Positions 36,794 to 50,139 of a stretch of 64,000 nucleotides of DNA are shown one piece after another. The notes below the pieces were generated by a model, which made no database searches, was not told the origin of the DNA, and worked only from the letters and a program-made list of their open reading frames with translations. Position 1 is the stretch's first letter; each line of letters starts with the position of its first letter. The DNA lies in the NCBI GenBank assembly GCA_010405405.1, contig MU004232.1:131540-195539 (forward strand). The letters run 5' to 3'. A program made the translations under genes and the position numbers. The DNA is from Microthyrium microscopicum. Taxonomy: Eukaryota.

Positions 36794-38645
36794 CTATGAC
36801 CTCCCCCACCGTTTCCAAAACTTCCAATCTCCACCCTTCTCTCCCCCTCCTCTCCGTGAGCTGCGTCTCCTCACTCTCCAAAAGTACACTGGCAGCCCAG
36901 CCAGCACAAACGCCACTACTATGAGCGTCTGGCCCGGCTGCGCAAACACTGCGCGCGAAAGCAGAAATAAGCTGACGCAGCAGAAGATGATCGGCGTGGT
37001 GATGTACGTCTTGTACGGCCTTTCAAGATTCGGTTCACGGATGCGGAGAATAATCAGCCCGAGAACTGTGGCAAAGTAAAAAGTATAGCCGGCAACGCCA
37101 TAGAAGGTGAGGAGGGTAGCGAATTCGCCGACGATGATGTAGCAGGCGGTGAGGGAAGCGTTAAGGGCCATGGCATAGATTGGAGTGAAGAATATGCCTG
37201 CTTCGTCTGAGATGAAGCGCATGAACCTGCTAGGTGGACGCGAGAGAGTGGTGGATGTAGATGTCATGCGAATAGCAGATTGTTTGCCGACACCAATGCG
37301 GCCGAATATACTGGGGAGATAGCCTTCTTTGCCGGCGGCGTAGACAAGTCGGCCAGAGGTGAATGTTTGCGCATTGAGGGCGCCGAAGCAGGAGCCCGAG
37401 ACGGCGAGGGCTAAAACGATTGCGCCGGCGCGGCCAAAGACTGCTTGACCGAATGCGACAGCGACGGTGTTGGTGGAGTTTATAACGTCGGATGGAAGGA
37501 CGAGGAAGTAGGACAGATTGGCGAGGAGGTAGGAGATTATGACTGCGCCGAGGGAAGTGTGGATAACTCGTGGAAGATCGCGGGAAGGGTTGATGAACTC
37601 GCCTGTAACGAAGTTTACCTGTATATCGATTAGTAGAGTTGACAGCTACGAAGAGAATACTCACATTATCCCAACCATCAAACGCCCAGAGTCCAGCATA
37701 CAATGCGACAGCCCATTGTGATACACTCGATGATGTTCCTTCAAACCAACCTTTAGTCTTCCACTCTGTGTTTGGATGACCCTCCCAAGAAAAGCCCGTA
37801 ACAGCGACAATAATGCCAGTGACAGTAACTCCAAGTAATGCGAAGAACTTTAAAAATAGAAAAAGCTGTGCTGAGCGCATCCCAACCTTGGTCGATACGC
37901 AATTGAGCAGCGTAACCAGAATCAATCCTGTCAAAGCTACTGCTTTATTGACCCATGGGCTCACGCCTGTAGCATTTGCTCCAACGACAGCCCGAACCAT
38001 GTATTCGCCAAAGATGATAGCAATGATAGCTGCAGATCCCGGCTTAAGGACACATACAGACGTCCAGGCAAAGAGAAATCCTGCCCATTCACCAAAGATC
38101 TTTGACAGATAAGCTTGCGCGCCGCCATTGAGTGGTATTGCTCCTCCTAGTTCTGCATAGCTTGCTGCTCCTGTCCATGCTAAAAGTCCAGCGACAACCC
38201 ATATGATCAATGATGCGCCTGGCGAGCCGGCATTGGTGTTGACTTGTGCAGGCGACGAGAATATGCCAGAACCAATGATCAGACCGACAACGAGTGACAA
38301 TCCATTAATGTATGTCAAAGTCTTGTGCTTTTCCAAAGATGTGCCATTCAAAGCAGCTGTTGGATCTGTCGTGGCAGCGGTTCCGCCGAGAGCTGCATAT
38401 CCGGCAGCGGATGAGGAAAGAGGGAAGAAGTTGCCAGCGAAGTCGAAAGCAGACGAAACTGAGTATGATCGCTCTCCGCGCGTGAGTCTGTTGTGTTCGG
38501 AGGTCTCGTTCAATGGGTCGTCTTCGAAGGATAGGCGGCGCGAGGAAGGGGTTCGAGAGTTTGCAGACTCGGTGGAGTCGCGCTGAGACAAATGTGTGGA
38601 AGATGCAAGGGACGCGAGCTCAAGCGAATCTCGAGCAGGCGGCAT
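36794..38645 (-). CDS. APC-superfamily L-type amino acid transporter (LAT/Mup1-like)
   Basis: GLIIGSGIFSSP, YAELGGAIP..GG..YL, WAFDGWDN and R.REPNLERPYK. One intron at about 37665-37619. Confidence 0.9.
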
Positions 38646-39357
38646 GTTTGTGGACTCAGTCTATGGTCCAGGTCCAAAAGCATTCACCATGGCGAAATGG
38701 CGGATAAAGCGATATGGGTGAATTGATGCGAATGAGAGAAATGGAGGATTGTTGAAGGGGATTGTAGTGTGCATGTGGTGGAGAACAAGCAGCAGTTCAG
38801 GGCAGCCTCATGTCATGATCGGTCTTGGTGGTGAATAAGATCCGCATCCGGCCCGACTTGGCGTAACTTCTACTTTACACCTTCGCGCTTTCTGGTTGGA
38901 CGCAAATAAGATTAAGCTTTATGTTCTGTAGAATAATGGAATTAATAAAGGCTTTGTGAAATGTGAGGCCGCTCCTTACTTTTCTTTTTCTTTTATGTCG
39001 CGATGTATACGACTCTACTTTGAGATGGATTGTGACAACAACTCTCGTCAAGTTTCACGATGTCCTGATCTTTTGTCTACAGACTTTCATTTTCGCACCT
39101 CTACTGCATTTCTTTTGAGTTGAACGTTCTTGGCAGCTGTTCCTTCATTGGGAAGATGATTTACATCTTGCATTCGTATCGCGAAAGGTACCGCAAGATA
39201 CGTCACCCCTGAAAAGTCAAGTACATTTTATTTCCTGAGCAGTCAGCTTACAAGTCTTTGAACGAAACTACTCATCACATTGACTATCACAACTATTCTC
39301 GGCGATCAAGAGATTCAAGGCGATTCAATTCACGTTCAGCATTCAGGGGTCAGGAGT

Positions 39358-40632
39358 ATGCGAAAACGACAATCTCACAACAAATCCCGGAGAGGATGTC
39401 AAAATTGCAAAAAGAAGCACGTCAAATGCGACGAACAAGGCCCTCCTTGTGCAAACTGTGTAGTTCGAAAGCTCGATTGTGTATACAGCAGAAAGAACTC
39501 GCCCGTAGTGGCCGCTCTTGTGGTCGCAACACAGTCGTCAAGAAGTACTCCAGCACAACCAAAGGAAGCGTTGCCTCCTGCTCTCACCATCACACCCGAG
39601 TTCCGAAGACTGCTCGAACTAGAACTCATGCATAGATGGTCGACCACTACATTCAAAAGTATTTGCTTCGTACCAGAAGAGTGGGAATACGCTCCTCACA
39701 TCCTACCACGCGACGCTCTTCAATTCAGTTATCTTCTAGACGGGCTATTCGCCTTTTCAGCCCTTGATTTGGCTCTCAACTCATCAGGCGACAAGCGAGA
39801 TGTGTATCTGCAAGCTGCATTAGAGTACTACAACCGTAGTAGCGTTGCCTTTCGACCCCATCTGGACCAAATAGCTGATGGAGATATCAACATGATCTAC
39901 ACCTATTCAGCAATGGCTGCATTCATGAATCTAGTCATTCCAGAATGTGCGCCAGAAACTCGAAATCCTCCAAAGATGGTGGACCGCGCAAAAATGTTCT
40001 TTTCGCTCACTTTAGCAACGACACAAATTGCGCTCGCTCATACAAGAGCGCTTACAAAGAAATCGCTTGTTGTGCGCGCAACTCTCGAATCAGTCAAAAA
40101 CGCTTCGCTCGAATACCTTACAGAAAGTGACAGATTCGGCTTGAATCTGCTCGATCTAGTCCACCAGCAAATGGCAGAACAGCACTTATTCGTGGCCAGT
40201 GACTCTGACGAACACGGCAATATACCAACAGCGCGGCCCATATACCAACGCGTGACATCAACGCTTAAATTCGCCTTCGCGGAAGATGGCAGAGGCGTCA
40301 TCAACGGAGCTTGTCTGGGATTTAGTGGTATGGTTGGAGCAGAGTATCTGGCTGTCTTGGACAAAGGTGAGCCATTGGCTTTGCTTATGCTTTCTTATTG
40401 GGGCGTTCTTATGCATAGACTGGCAAGCAAATATTGGTGGACGAGGGGCATTGGGAAGAGTGTGGTATACGAATGTAGCGACTTGATCATGCAATCATCT
40501 CTTTCATTAGTTCCAGCAGTCCAGGATGGTATAGCATGGACTAAGAACCAGGTCGAGGTCGATTCACTGAGACCATTAATGAATGAAGATAGTTTGCTCG
40601 AAGGTCATTCATTGGCAATTAGATCAATCTAG
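39358..40632 (+). CDS. Zn(II)2Cys6 transcription factor (Upc2/Ecm22-like architecture)
   Basis: HNKSRRGCQNCKKKHVKCDEQGPPCANC....C.Y, LELELMHRWSTTT and EPLALLMLSYW..WW. Confidence 0.9.
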   Translation: MRKRQSHNKSRRGCQNCKKKHVKCDEQGPPCANCVVRKLDCVYSRKNSPVVAALVVATQSSRSTPAQPKEALPPALTITPEFRRLLELELMHRWSTTTFKSICFVPEEWEYAPHILPRDALQFSYLLDGLFAFSALDLALNSSGDKRDVYLQAALEYYNRSSVAFRPHLDQIADGDINMIYTYSAMAAFMNLVIPECAPETRNPPKMVDRAKMFFSLTLATTQIALAHTRALTKKSLVVRATLESVKNASLEYLTESDRFGLNLLDLVHQQMAEQHLFVASDSDEHGNIPTARPIYQRVTSTLKFAFAEDGRGVINGACLGFSGMVGAEYLAVLDKGEPLALLMLSYWGVLMHRLASKYWWTRGIGKSVVYECSDLIMQSSLSLVPAVQDGIAWTKNQVEVDSLRPLMNEDSLLEGHSLAIRSI

Positions 40633-40730
40633 TAGACAGCATTAGGTATCTTGGTGAAAATGATAATCAATTGTAAAGAATCAGTCTATAGGTCTATTAA
40701 ATGTGAAATGAGATTGCCTGATCTAGTGTT

Positions 40731-42602
40731 TCAAGATGTTGAGTTGAGCTTTATCATAACATCATTCCATGTCTTGTTTGAGAAGAGAGGGATGTCTGGC
40801 TCGCAAATCGTTCCAGATGCAGGTAACTCGCCTGTATGATAGTACTTCTGCGTAGCCTTGATGGTACATACCGAAGGCTGAGCTATTGATGCATGCTAAG
40901 GCAAACTATCGTCAGTCTCTACCACATACACAAACTCTGGAAGCGTTACTTACTCCATATCCGTGATGTTCCAGCAGAACACTACCTTCAAACCCAGAAC
41001 TCATATTCTTCCCTGACACTATTGGTGTCACAGGGTCATATGTGTTGCTAATGAAGAGTACAGGATTCTTCGTTCTCACCATGAAATCTCCCTGATAGAC
41101 TTCTTTAGCTTGCATTTCCCAGTTGGCGCACATCATATCTTGATGTACAAACACATCGCCCAAAATCCTCGTTACGTTATACTTTGCCTCGATGGCTGGT
41201 ATAAAGCCAGCAAGAGTGGGTGTTCGAACTGATTTCTCAGAACACTTTATGCCAAAGACTGACTCTGGTGTAGTTGTTTGTAGGCTGGTGTTGACGAGGC
41301 TGCTGATCGACGTATAGGCTGTGATGTTGCCGCGATATAATCGATCTAGAGCAACAGCCAGTTGCGGCCACAACGAAGGGGCGTATAGGTCGAGAATTAT
41401 AAGGTTTTTGAAATCGGGGTAGGCGACGATGGAGGATCCGTCTGTGAGGGGATGGTATTTGAGGTTGTCAAGGAAACTGTAGAAGTCGCTTTCCAGTTGG
41501 TCTGCAGACTTGTTGTCGCGAGCAAGGGGGCATGCGTCTGGGGTTGCTACACAGCCTGAGAAGAAGCCAGCAAAGGTCTTGTCCGAGTCTGTAAGCCATT
41601 CCACTTCACTGTTATAAGAAAATGTGGTCAATGCTTATTCATAGCGGCCCGGTTTTGATGAACTTACTAGGCATGATAGTACTCATGTGAGTTATCGACC
41701 CCGTCCAGAACCATTCTGTCAATCCTGTCAGGAAACATGGCGGCGACAGTTGCGCCGAGTACAGTGCCGTACGATCCACCTACGAGGCACTTTAGTTGCT
41801 GATTCCAAGTGTCATCCGAAGCAGCAAGGAGTATAAGCTTACCCCAATATCGCAGCATTCCATCTTCGTCTAACGCATCCACGACACTCATCAGGTCTCT
41901 AGCCACAAAAGCAGTTCCAACATAACTGCCAATATCTTTGAGTCGTTCATGACACAGATTGGCGAGGACCTGATCACTGGTCCACATTGTCCCCACCGCA
42001 GTGTCCGAAGCGTTGCTAAAGGCCGGATATTCCAGGCTCGCTTGTGCTCTTTCTGTATCATTGTAGCATGACATTGTCAGTGTGTTGACAGTCCCACTAT
42101 GTATCATGTTAGTACTACCATATCATGCAGAGAGATACCTAATCTTACCGTGGATCAAAGACAATGAGATCATTCTGGTTTCCTGTGATACTAAGTGGAA
42201 AGTGAAGTTAGGATCAGGATTGGCGCGAGGCTGACATGGACTCTCTTACGCTAAGAACCGGTCCAAACCTGCTGCCAAACTCATTCGTCCGTCGTCCCCT
42301 GGTCCTCCGAAGTTGAATAGAATGCTTCCATTGGATGGCTTCTTGTATGCCGGGATTCTAAGCAACTCGAGGTTTATAGTTGCGGTAGAATTTGGATTTG
42401 TGTAATCCAATGGGACAGTCAGGTTTGCGCAGTCAATTGGATAGCTAGGGATCGGTTTCGCGGTCTCAAAGGATGTATCGCATGGGCCCCAATGAATGAC
42501 ATTGCTTCTTGTGAGGAAAACATTATCGTTGAGGCTCGGAAGAGATAAGGCGTTGGCAGTGATGGCAACAAAAAGGGGTGTAAGAGGTCCAAGGCGAAAC
42601 AT
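40731..42602 (-). CDS. Secreted alpha/beta hydrolase, tripeptidyl-peptidase (TAP-like, S33) family
   Basis: Signal peptide, CANLTVPLDY, FNFGGPG, SFDPRG, GTAFVARD, YWG.SYGT (nucleophile motif), DRMVLDG, DPVTP and GYG|H. Multi-exon; the last exon ends at TGA 40733-40731. Confidence 0.88.
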
Positions 42603-43189
42603 CTTGAACTTTGAAGATATGATTGTGTTAATGTTATTTGGAAGACGAGTCTATGCAGACATTCACAAATCTTCCGGGCTAGTTGTCTTTATATACACTA
42701 TCCCAACTACCATACGCGTATACACATACCTGCTTGTCGACTTTGGTACCTACGAGGCTGCGCCTTGTTACCATGAAAAAGTGATAAACAGGTCGCAAAT
42801 CTGCTTAATGATGTCAATTCAACAACCACAAAAGCCACCGACAAAAGCCATTTGATGTTTTGGTGTCATCCTGCGCTGGAGAATGGAGTAATGAGTCGGT
42901 GTTCTGCCTTGCCAATCCACCGGTTCCAGCTGACAATAAGCCACACATGTACAACACGTAATAGACGGCAGTAATCAAGCCATTGATGTACTTAAAAAGA
43001 GCGCAATTTGGGGTTTCTTGCCATAAAGGTCTCTGGTGAATGCACTGGTGGCGGCAAGTTCGTGATATATCAAAGGATCTGCAGTGCAGATACGCGTATT
43101 CAATGATTGGTCCAGCCAGCAAAGGCTACCTAGCAATATCAAATCCCCTGTTCTCTGTCAAACCTTCATCCGTCACTTTACATCAAAAT

Positions 43190-44191
43190 ATGGAAGAAGA
43201 TCGCGTTTGGCATGAGCCTGAAGTCATCGTCTATGGCAATCTCATCACACCAGGCATTCGATGCTCCGCCGAAGCATACGACTTGGCCAACCGGAAATGG
43301 TATCAACTCAATGTAGATTCCGAAGTAGACGACGATGAATGGATGTCCCAAGTTATCGAAGAATCTATACTAAGCTACTATCGAGAACACGGAACTCCGC
43401 CGTCTTTCAACGTGATCAATGCATCTCGAGTTAGCAGTATCAGAACTTTTGACACAAAACCAAACGAAGTAGTTGCTCGTCCGATCATAAAAAAGCTTCA
43501 CTACATAGAAGAAGAGAACTGTCTACCATCAACATCATTCAACGAACTAAAAGAAAAGCGCTACCTAGGTCGTGCAGTAGATCGTTGCCTCTGGAACGGT
43601 CACGACTGCGTGTTCAAACGAATCGAATTTGATGTTGATGTTAAACCTATCAGTAGAGAAATCACGACCCGAGAGTCATTGATCAAGGCACTTCAAGACA
43701 CAAGCTGTAAAGATATATTACAAACAATGCAGGAGATATTCCATGTCATACCCATCCTAGCCGTTGTTTTGGCGAAAGGAACGACGGACGATGTGGTTGG
43801 CATTTTGATGCCATTTGGCGGTCCCAGTCTTGAGGACCTAGCAAAAACATCAGCAGCACTTCCTCAACAGATCACTGTCCATCATCTCATAGAGCTTGTA
43901 AAAGGAGTTCGTGAGCTACAACGGGCAGGTGTACTTCATGGAGACATTAACGATCGGAATACACTGTTCATGTCTTCTGAAGAAGGCACCCAACAGCTTG
44001 TTCTGGTGGACTTGGGATCAATAGCACCAGAGTATCAAGGCGATGCAAATGCCCTTGGCGACCTGTCCCTCTGGATTATGGAACGATCCTCTTGGAGCAC
44101 CACTGAGAGATCAGCGGTGAAAAGGGCTACGGATCTCTTGCAAAATGGAGGCGACTTTGATAAAGCTTTGGAAGTGTTCCATATTGGTTGA
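43190..44191 (+). CDS. Fungal protein kinase-like protein with a short C-lobe
   Basis: VFKRIEF, VVGILMPFGG.SL, LHGDINDRN and LVLVDLG. Likely start is MEEDRVW at 43190. Confidence 0.75.
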   Translation: MEEDRVWHEPEVIVYGNLITPGIRCSAEAYDLANRKWYQLNVDSEVDDDEWMSQVIEESILSYYREHGTPPSFNVINASRVSSIRTFDTKPNEVVARPIIKKLHYIEEENCLPSTSFNELKEKRYLGRAVDRCLWNGHDCVFKRIEFDVDVKPISREITTRESLIKALQDTSCKDILQTMQEIFHVIPILAVVLAKGTTDDVVGILMPFGGPSLEDLAKTSAALPQQITVHHLIELVKGVRELQRAGVLHGDINDRNTLFMSSEEGTQQLVLVDLGSIAPEYQGDANALGDLSLWIMERSSWSTTERSAVKRATDLLQNGGDFDKALEVFHIG

Positions 44192-44243
44192 TCAGACATA
44201 TCGAAACAATGCTATAAGGTTATTCTATCTACAAAGTCATCGT

Positions 44244-47085
44244 TTAAAGCCTACTATCGATGGCTGCCCAGCGGTCTTGGCCGGGCCAGTGTGCTCCAGG
44301 CCAAATGTGTCTCATGGCTTCCCAAATGTGACTAGATATCAATTAGCGATTGCGACCACAAACATTATGAAGTAGCTTACCTGACGTGAATGATCTCCAA
44401 TCCAGCCTTGACCTCATCCGGAAGATCTCTAGCGTCCTTGCGATTGCCAATCGGCAAGAGAACAGTCTTGACACCAGCTCGTAGAGCACCAATGAGCTTC
44501 TCCTTGATACCACCAACAGGTGTGACTTTGCCACGGAGACTAATCTCACCAGTCATGGCGATAGTTGGCGGTACAGCTCGTCCGCTGAAGAGACTTATAA
44601 GGGCAATAGTGTGTGCCAATCCAGCCGACGGGCCATCCTTGGGAATAGCACCACTTGGGCAATGGACGTGAATGCTTCGGTTCTTCATAATGTCCTCAGC
44701 AGGATCAGTGGTCAGGCCAAGCTCGAAAGCATGCGCCTTGACCCAAGTCAATGCAACCTCGACACTTTCCTTGAGGACATCGCCAAGTTTGCCAGTAAGC
44801 TGGACACGACCTTTGCCAGGCATGTCTGCAACTTCGATGAACAGGATGCTTCCCTGTCCCCCAGTAGAATATGCGACAAGACCGGTGACGATGCCTGGCC
44901 GACTTTCTGTAGCGGCGATCTCTTCATCGAAGCGTTCTATGCCAAGAATGTCATCTAGATCTTCAAGAGACACGCGAGGATTGAATTCCTTCTTCTCAGT
45001 TGAATCTTGAGATTCAGCGAATTCAACAGCTTTGGATCGGCAGACACTTCCAATTTCTCTTTCAAGATTTCGAACTCCGGATTCGCGGGTGTATGAGGTT
45101 ATGATCTTGTCCAGAACTATATCATCGATCTGAACTTGATCGGACCCAAGACCGTTTGTGGTGATTTGCTTGGGTATTAAATGTCTGGCAGCAATGTGAC
45201 GCTTCTCTAGCGTTGTGTAGCCGGTGAGATGGATCATTTCCATGCGGTCCAGCAAGGGGGCGGGTATTGTATCGAGGCTGTTTGCGGTTGCAATGAAGAG
45301 CACTCGACTCAGATCGATGGGGATATTGACATAATGATCCACGAAAGCGTGGTTCTGTTCGGGATCCAAAACCTCAAGCATTGCAGCAGATGGATCGCCG
45401 TGGAAGTTGGCCATGCCCAACTTGTCAATTTCGTCAAGTAGGACAACGGGATTTGCGACTCCCACTTTCTTCAAGCCATTTACAATGACGCCAGGCATGG
45501 CGGCCACGTACGTTCTCCGGTGACCTCGAATTTCTGCTTCATCGCGAACGCCTCCTAGAGATATTCTGTTGAACTTCCGTCCCAACGCGGCTGCTACTGA
45601 TCTGGCTAGACTTGTTTTGCCGGTTCCTGGAGGGCCAACCAGAAGCAGAATTGGTGCTTTGTCCAGCATTCTCTTCTTTTCTCGAATTCGAACTTCTTGT
45701 TCCGATGGTTCCGAAGTAATATTGATCTCATCCGCCTGATCTTCTTTGGTCTTGTCATTGCTGTTCAATTTGGCAATTTGAGAGTCCAGGTCAGCATTGA
45801 CTGCTTGTTTCAGCTTCAATACTGCAAGATATTCAAGTAACCGCTTCTTGATCTTCTCAAGCCCATAATGATCATCATCTAGCTGTTTTCGAGCTCGAGC
45901 GATGACTGTAGTATCCAGATGATCCTCAGTGACCTTGGACCATGGTATTTCGGATAATGTCTCCAAGTAATTTCGGCAAACTTGATATTCTGCTTGAGCT
46001 GGATTCATCTTTTGCAGTCGACCGAATTCACGGTTTACAACTTTGGTAGCTTCGGGAGTCAGACCGGCATCGTCTAGTCGCTTCTTGAGTTCTTCCAATT
46101 CGTTCGCGTCGTCCTGACCTTGTCCGCCTTGACCTCCCATTGGTGGCAATCCACTGATCGGTATCGGTGGGATGTTTCCACCGTTCAAGCGGCTGTGAAG
46201 CTTCTTCAACTTCTCCATATCAATTCCAGATACTGGGGAAGTGGTTGTGATGGTCACCACCCGACCCGGGTTTTGCAATTTTACGATTTGTTTTTGTAAT
46301 ATTTCAATCACCTTTTCCAACCTCGTAGAAACATCTAATGCGGCCAAAACTTGCAGCCTATCTTCGTGCTCGGCATCCAGAATGCTGACCATAAAGTCCG
46401 CAACTTCCGCAGCATCATTGGCATCTTTACGTGTGACATATGGTTCCAATCGTTTTGCTAATATAGGACTGATGCTCGCGTTTCGAGCTCCAGGTAGGAT
46501 AGAGGAGAGTCGGATCAGGGCTAGGTATTCCTTAGATAGTTGCTTGAGTTCGACAAAGCGTGCCTGCACGATAGGGTCGTTGGGATTGAATTCTACATCT
46601 TGTTAGCAAAGGACGGCGATCCATCAAATCCGCAACTCACCTGCTTCATGGACATCTTGGATCTGTGCCTCGTGGTAGGGAATCTTCTTGGTAATCTTCG
46701 TTATTTGGAAACGACTTATTCCTTCAACGATCAGAGAAAGCTCGCCTTGAACTCTACCCTGCACCCCAGTTATCTTTGCCAGAGTTCCGTATCCAAAAAG
46801 TTGTCTATCAGCATCTTGTATAGCAGATGGGTCCGATTCGCCTTCCGGTGCCGCTTCGATTAATCTCTTGCCATCGGGGCTCAGAAGATGGGAACCCAGC
46901 GGAACACATCCAATAACAATGGGATTATTACCACGAGGCGATGTAGAGATGCTATAAACGCGAGCAAGCAGTGCTGCAATGTCTGGACGGTATGCGATGG
47001 CGATTCGGAGAGTGACACCCGGAAGCAGTACTTGACCCTTCTGGAGGGGTATGACGGGTACGATCTTGGACTTGGATTTGCCCAT
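44244..47085 (-). CDS. LONP2: Peroxisomal Lon protease
   Basis: LON N-domain, Walker [16 protein letters not shown], protease PKDGPSAG and PVGGIKEK. The last exon (after the intron starting at 44380) encodes HIWEAM...AAIDSRL*, ending in the PTS1 signal SRL. Confidence 0.95.
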
Positions 47086-47789
47086 GGTGACGGTGAGCGA
47101 ATGGAGAGCACAGGAGGAGCGGATAGGAGGACAGGTGGGTAGATGAAATATATTTGAAGTAGTTGGTTATTCTAGAATGATCTAGTGGTGAGGGTGGTGA
47201 TGAAGGGCTTGGCTTGGTAGAGGGTGAAGGCGCGAACCAACCTCGGTTGACTTTGCCTTCTGATCGAGTCTGACTTCGCGTGGCAACAGCCTTCTCCACC
47301 CAAATTCCACGCGACACCTTCAGTAATCCATCCAAGTATCGTTACATCTTGTCTTTTGCATATCAAGCCGACTAATGATCAGTAATCTCATCGTCAACTG
47401 ATGGCAGGGTACCTTTATACTGGTCCCTCAGCACGCGACTCGACAACACCTTCCAGATCACGAGAAATACCGCCAGGTTTACCAGTTAAGAGCACGGATA
47501 CATGTTCAAACCCTACGGTCCAAGGGTCTCTACCATAATATATCTCCAGGTTTGCGCTCGGAGCAATATGGATCATTCTTCTTATAAGCATTCATCTGGT
47601 AGTCACAGCGTCTCAACATCTGACGTACTGATTAAAGCTTCATTGGCTATACACTAACTAAAGTACATTCATAATTACTACATCCGGCTCTTTTTTCCAG
47701 TCATTATTCTCATGTCTACCCCCAACAAAATTGTAAAACCTGAAAGTTGTTTGTGGTAGCAGAACATAATTTGCGCTTCTTGGATGGGT

Positions 47790-48179
47790 CTATGTTCCAA
47801 CTGGTGCTCCGCAAATCAAGTCTTGGCCAAGCTATGAATTGTCAGTGGACTAAATCACTTTTCAAAGAAGGTTCAACATACAATGGGGATAGCACAGCAG
47901 CGAGCGCGTTGTCCGATAGCAGCGCAGATGGACACGAAGTTGGTGCTGTTGGTTGGGACTTGAGGAGCTGCATTGAAGTTAGCACGATTCCATCTGAACA
48001 TCGAGCATGAACATACGATTGGCGCAGTCAAGATCAGCCAGTCCAAGAACGTCAGTGGCACAACATTGAGTTGTTCCAGTGAGTCCGCTGCATAGCGGAA
48101 CTGCTGCTTGTCGTGCAACAAGTGGTGAGCAGCTGGCGAGGCCGACGGCGACGATAGTGGCAGTGATGGAGAGCTTCAT
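47790..48179 (-). CDS. Class II hydrophobin (cerato-ulmin/HFB family)
   Basis: Three exons. Signal peptide followed by an 8-Cys pattern: LCSGLTGTTQCCATDVLGLADLDCANPP..FVSICAAIGQRARCCAIPILGQDLICGAPVGT*. Confidence 0.95.
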
Positions 48180-50139
48180 GTTTGTAAGTTGAAAAGGTTC
48201 GGTAGTAGTTTGCTGATCAGTGAATATAATAGATGAATTGGATTTGTGGTTTGGTCCAATTGGTAGAAGATCGTGCTCTTCTTATAGACATCAGACTCTT
48301 CTCTTAGAACCAGCAAGTCGGTCATTGAGAAATCAGGTTTCCAACAATGCGATCATTTTCAAGCAACATGCTGACGATCAATCGATCACAAACGAAAGAG
48401 CTATCAAGGGGCCTGACCGAATCATGCCAGTCACCTTGGGAAGAAGACGAACACGGCGTCGATCAGTATCAAAAGTGAATATATCATTGGACAGAAGCCA
48501 AGTCGTATAGTCCATTTCCAGGTTTGACAGGCTTGAAGGACTAGGACCACGTCACAGTGCCATCCTTGAAGTATTCGAGTGTGCTATAAGGCGTTCAAGT
48601 TATAGAGATCACATTCATGATGGGGCTGAAATGGCACTATCAATGTGCGACTGGGCGGCTTTGGATACTATCAAAGTGTATGGCTCATTTCTTTCGAAGC
48701 CAAGAGCATACGTCAGTTGTTCAAAGTAAGTGCGACGTTCAAATAATGCCTCGAAGATGCTTTGACGATAGACCGACTGGACTCGCGAAGATTACCCATG
48801 TGGCTATTGACTAAGTGGCAGCTCAATTGTCCGTTCGGACCAGTCAAACAGCCACACTGACAACCACTGCCACGTTTATCATGAGGCGAACAACGAGGAG
48901 ACCGTTGGATCGGCAGTGAAGCTAGTAACCGCTCCCAATGGTATTCGTTCTAAATTCAACAAAGTAAGGAACAGGCCGAGCGTAAGGCTGGAAATGTAGG
49001 GGTGCACAGTATACACCGTTAAGTTTTTGAATATCCCTAGTAACCACCATGACGCCGACTTCACGATTGCCACCACAAGGTAGGAATTATGACGTGCGAA
49101 ACATTGGGGCGTATGGGTAAATAACAAGCTAGACGAGATTCAAGGGGTGCATCTAGACCTGGATGTATGCTAGGGCATGGGTTGGGTTAGGTTGGGTATA
49201 GGTTTCTCTAAATATTTTTATAACTTACGTAGGTTAGGTTTTAGAAATATTATAACTTAATTTAAATAGGTTAGGTTTCTATAGGTCTAGCCTATAGGTT
49301 ATATTTATTAATAGATAATTTAAATAAAGAATTAATATTATATAATTTAGGTTAATTTAAAAAGTTTAGTATAGTATTTAATAATTATATTTTACTACTA
49401 TTTTTTTAGTAAGTTATAAAAGTATTAATTAAGATTTAGAATTAGTTTATTAGTTCTATTATTTATAAATAATTATATAACTATAATTCTTTTTCTATTT
49501 CTTAAAGTTTACTAGTTCTAATTACCTTTTTATAATAAAGTTACTAGTTAATTTTAAATACTTATTTAATAGTTTATAACTTAGCTAGTATATAGAGCTT
49601 TTACTAAGTTTATATTCTTTTATTAAATTATTACTCTCTTTATATAAATTATATAAAGATTAGCATTTATAAAAATTAATAACTTATAATTTAGAAAATA
49701 GAGGTATAACTTACTTTTAAAGTATATAATAAGATAAGCTTTTATTAATTCTTATAGATATTAAATTATACTACTTTACTAATATATATTTAGATTTATT
49801 AAACTACTATTATTATTAGAAGTTTCTTAGAACGTAATATAAATCTTATAAACTAATCTTATAAATAATATTTTAGAAATTAAAAGATTATAAGCTTTTT
49901 AAATTTAGTAGATTTTATATAGAGCTTTTATTAGTATTATAGTTAATATTTATAAAAAAAATAGAGTATATAAAACTTATTATTAGGTTTAGTATATTAA
50001 GGTATATAATAATAAGTATTTTATTAGTTATAATAGTTTCTATAAGTTAAAGCTTTTTTATAATAGTTTTTATAAGCTATAGTTAAGTTTTATTAGTACT
50101 AAGGAGTTAGTTATTAGTATAAAGTAGTTTATTAAAGTT

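Noticed and set aside
49171..49260. GGGTT/TTAGG runs resembling telomere repeats (also 58620-58720)
   Set aside because: They are irregular, occur at both ends of the element and fit hAT subterminal repeats better than TTAGGG arrays.
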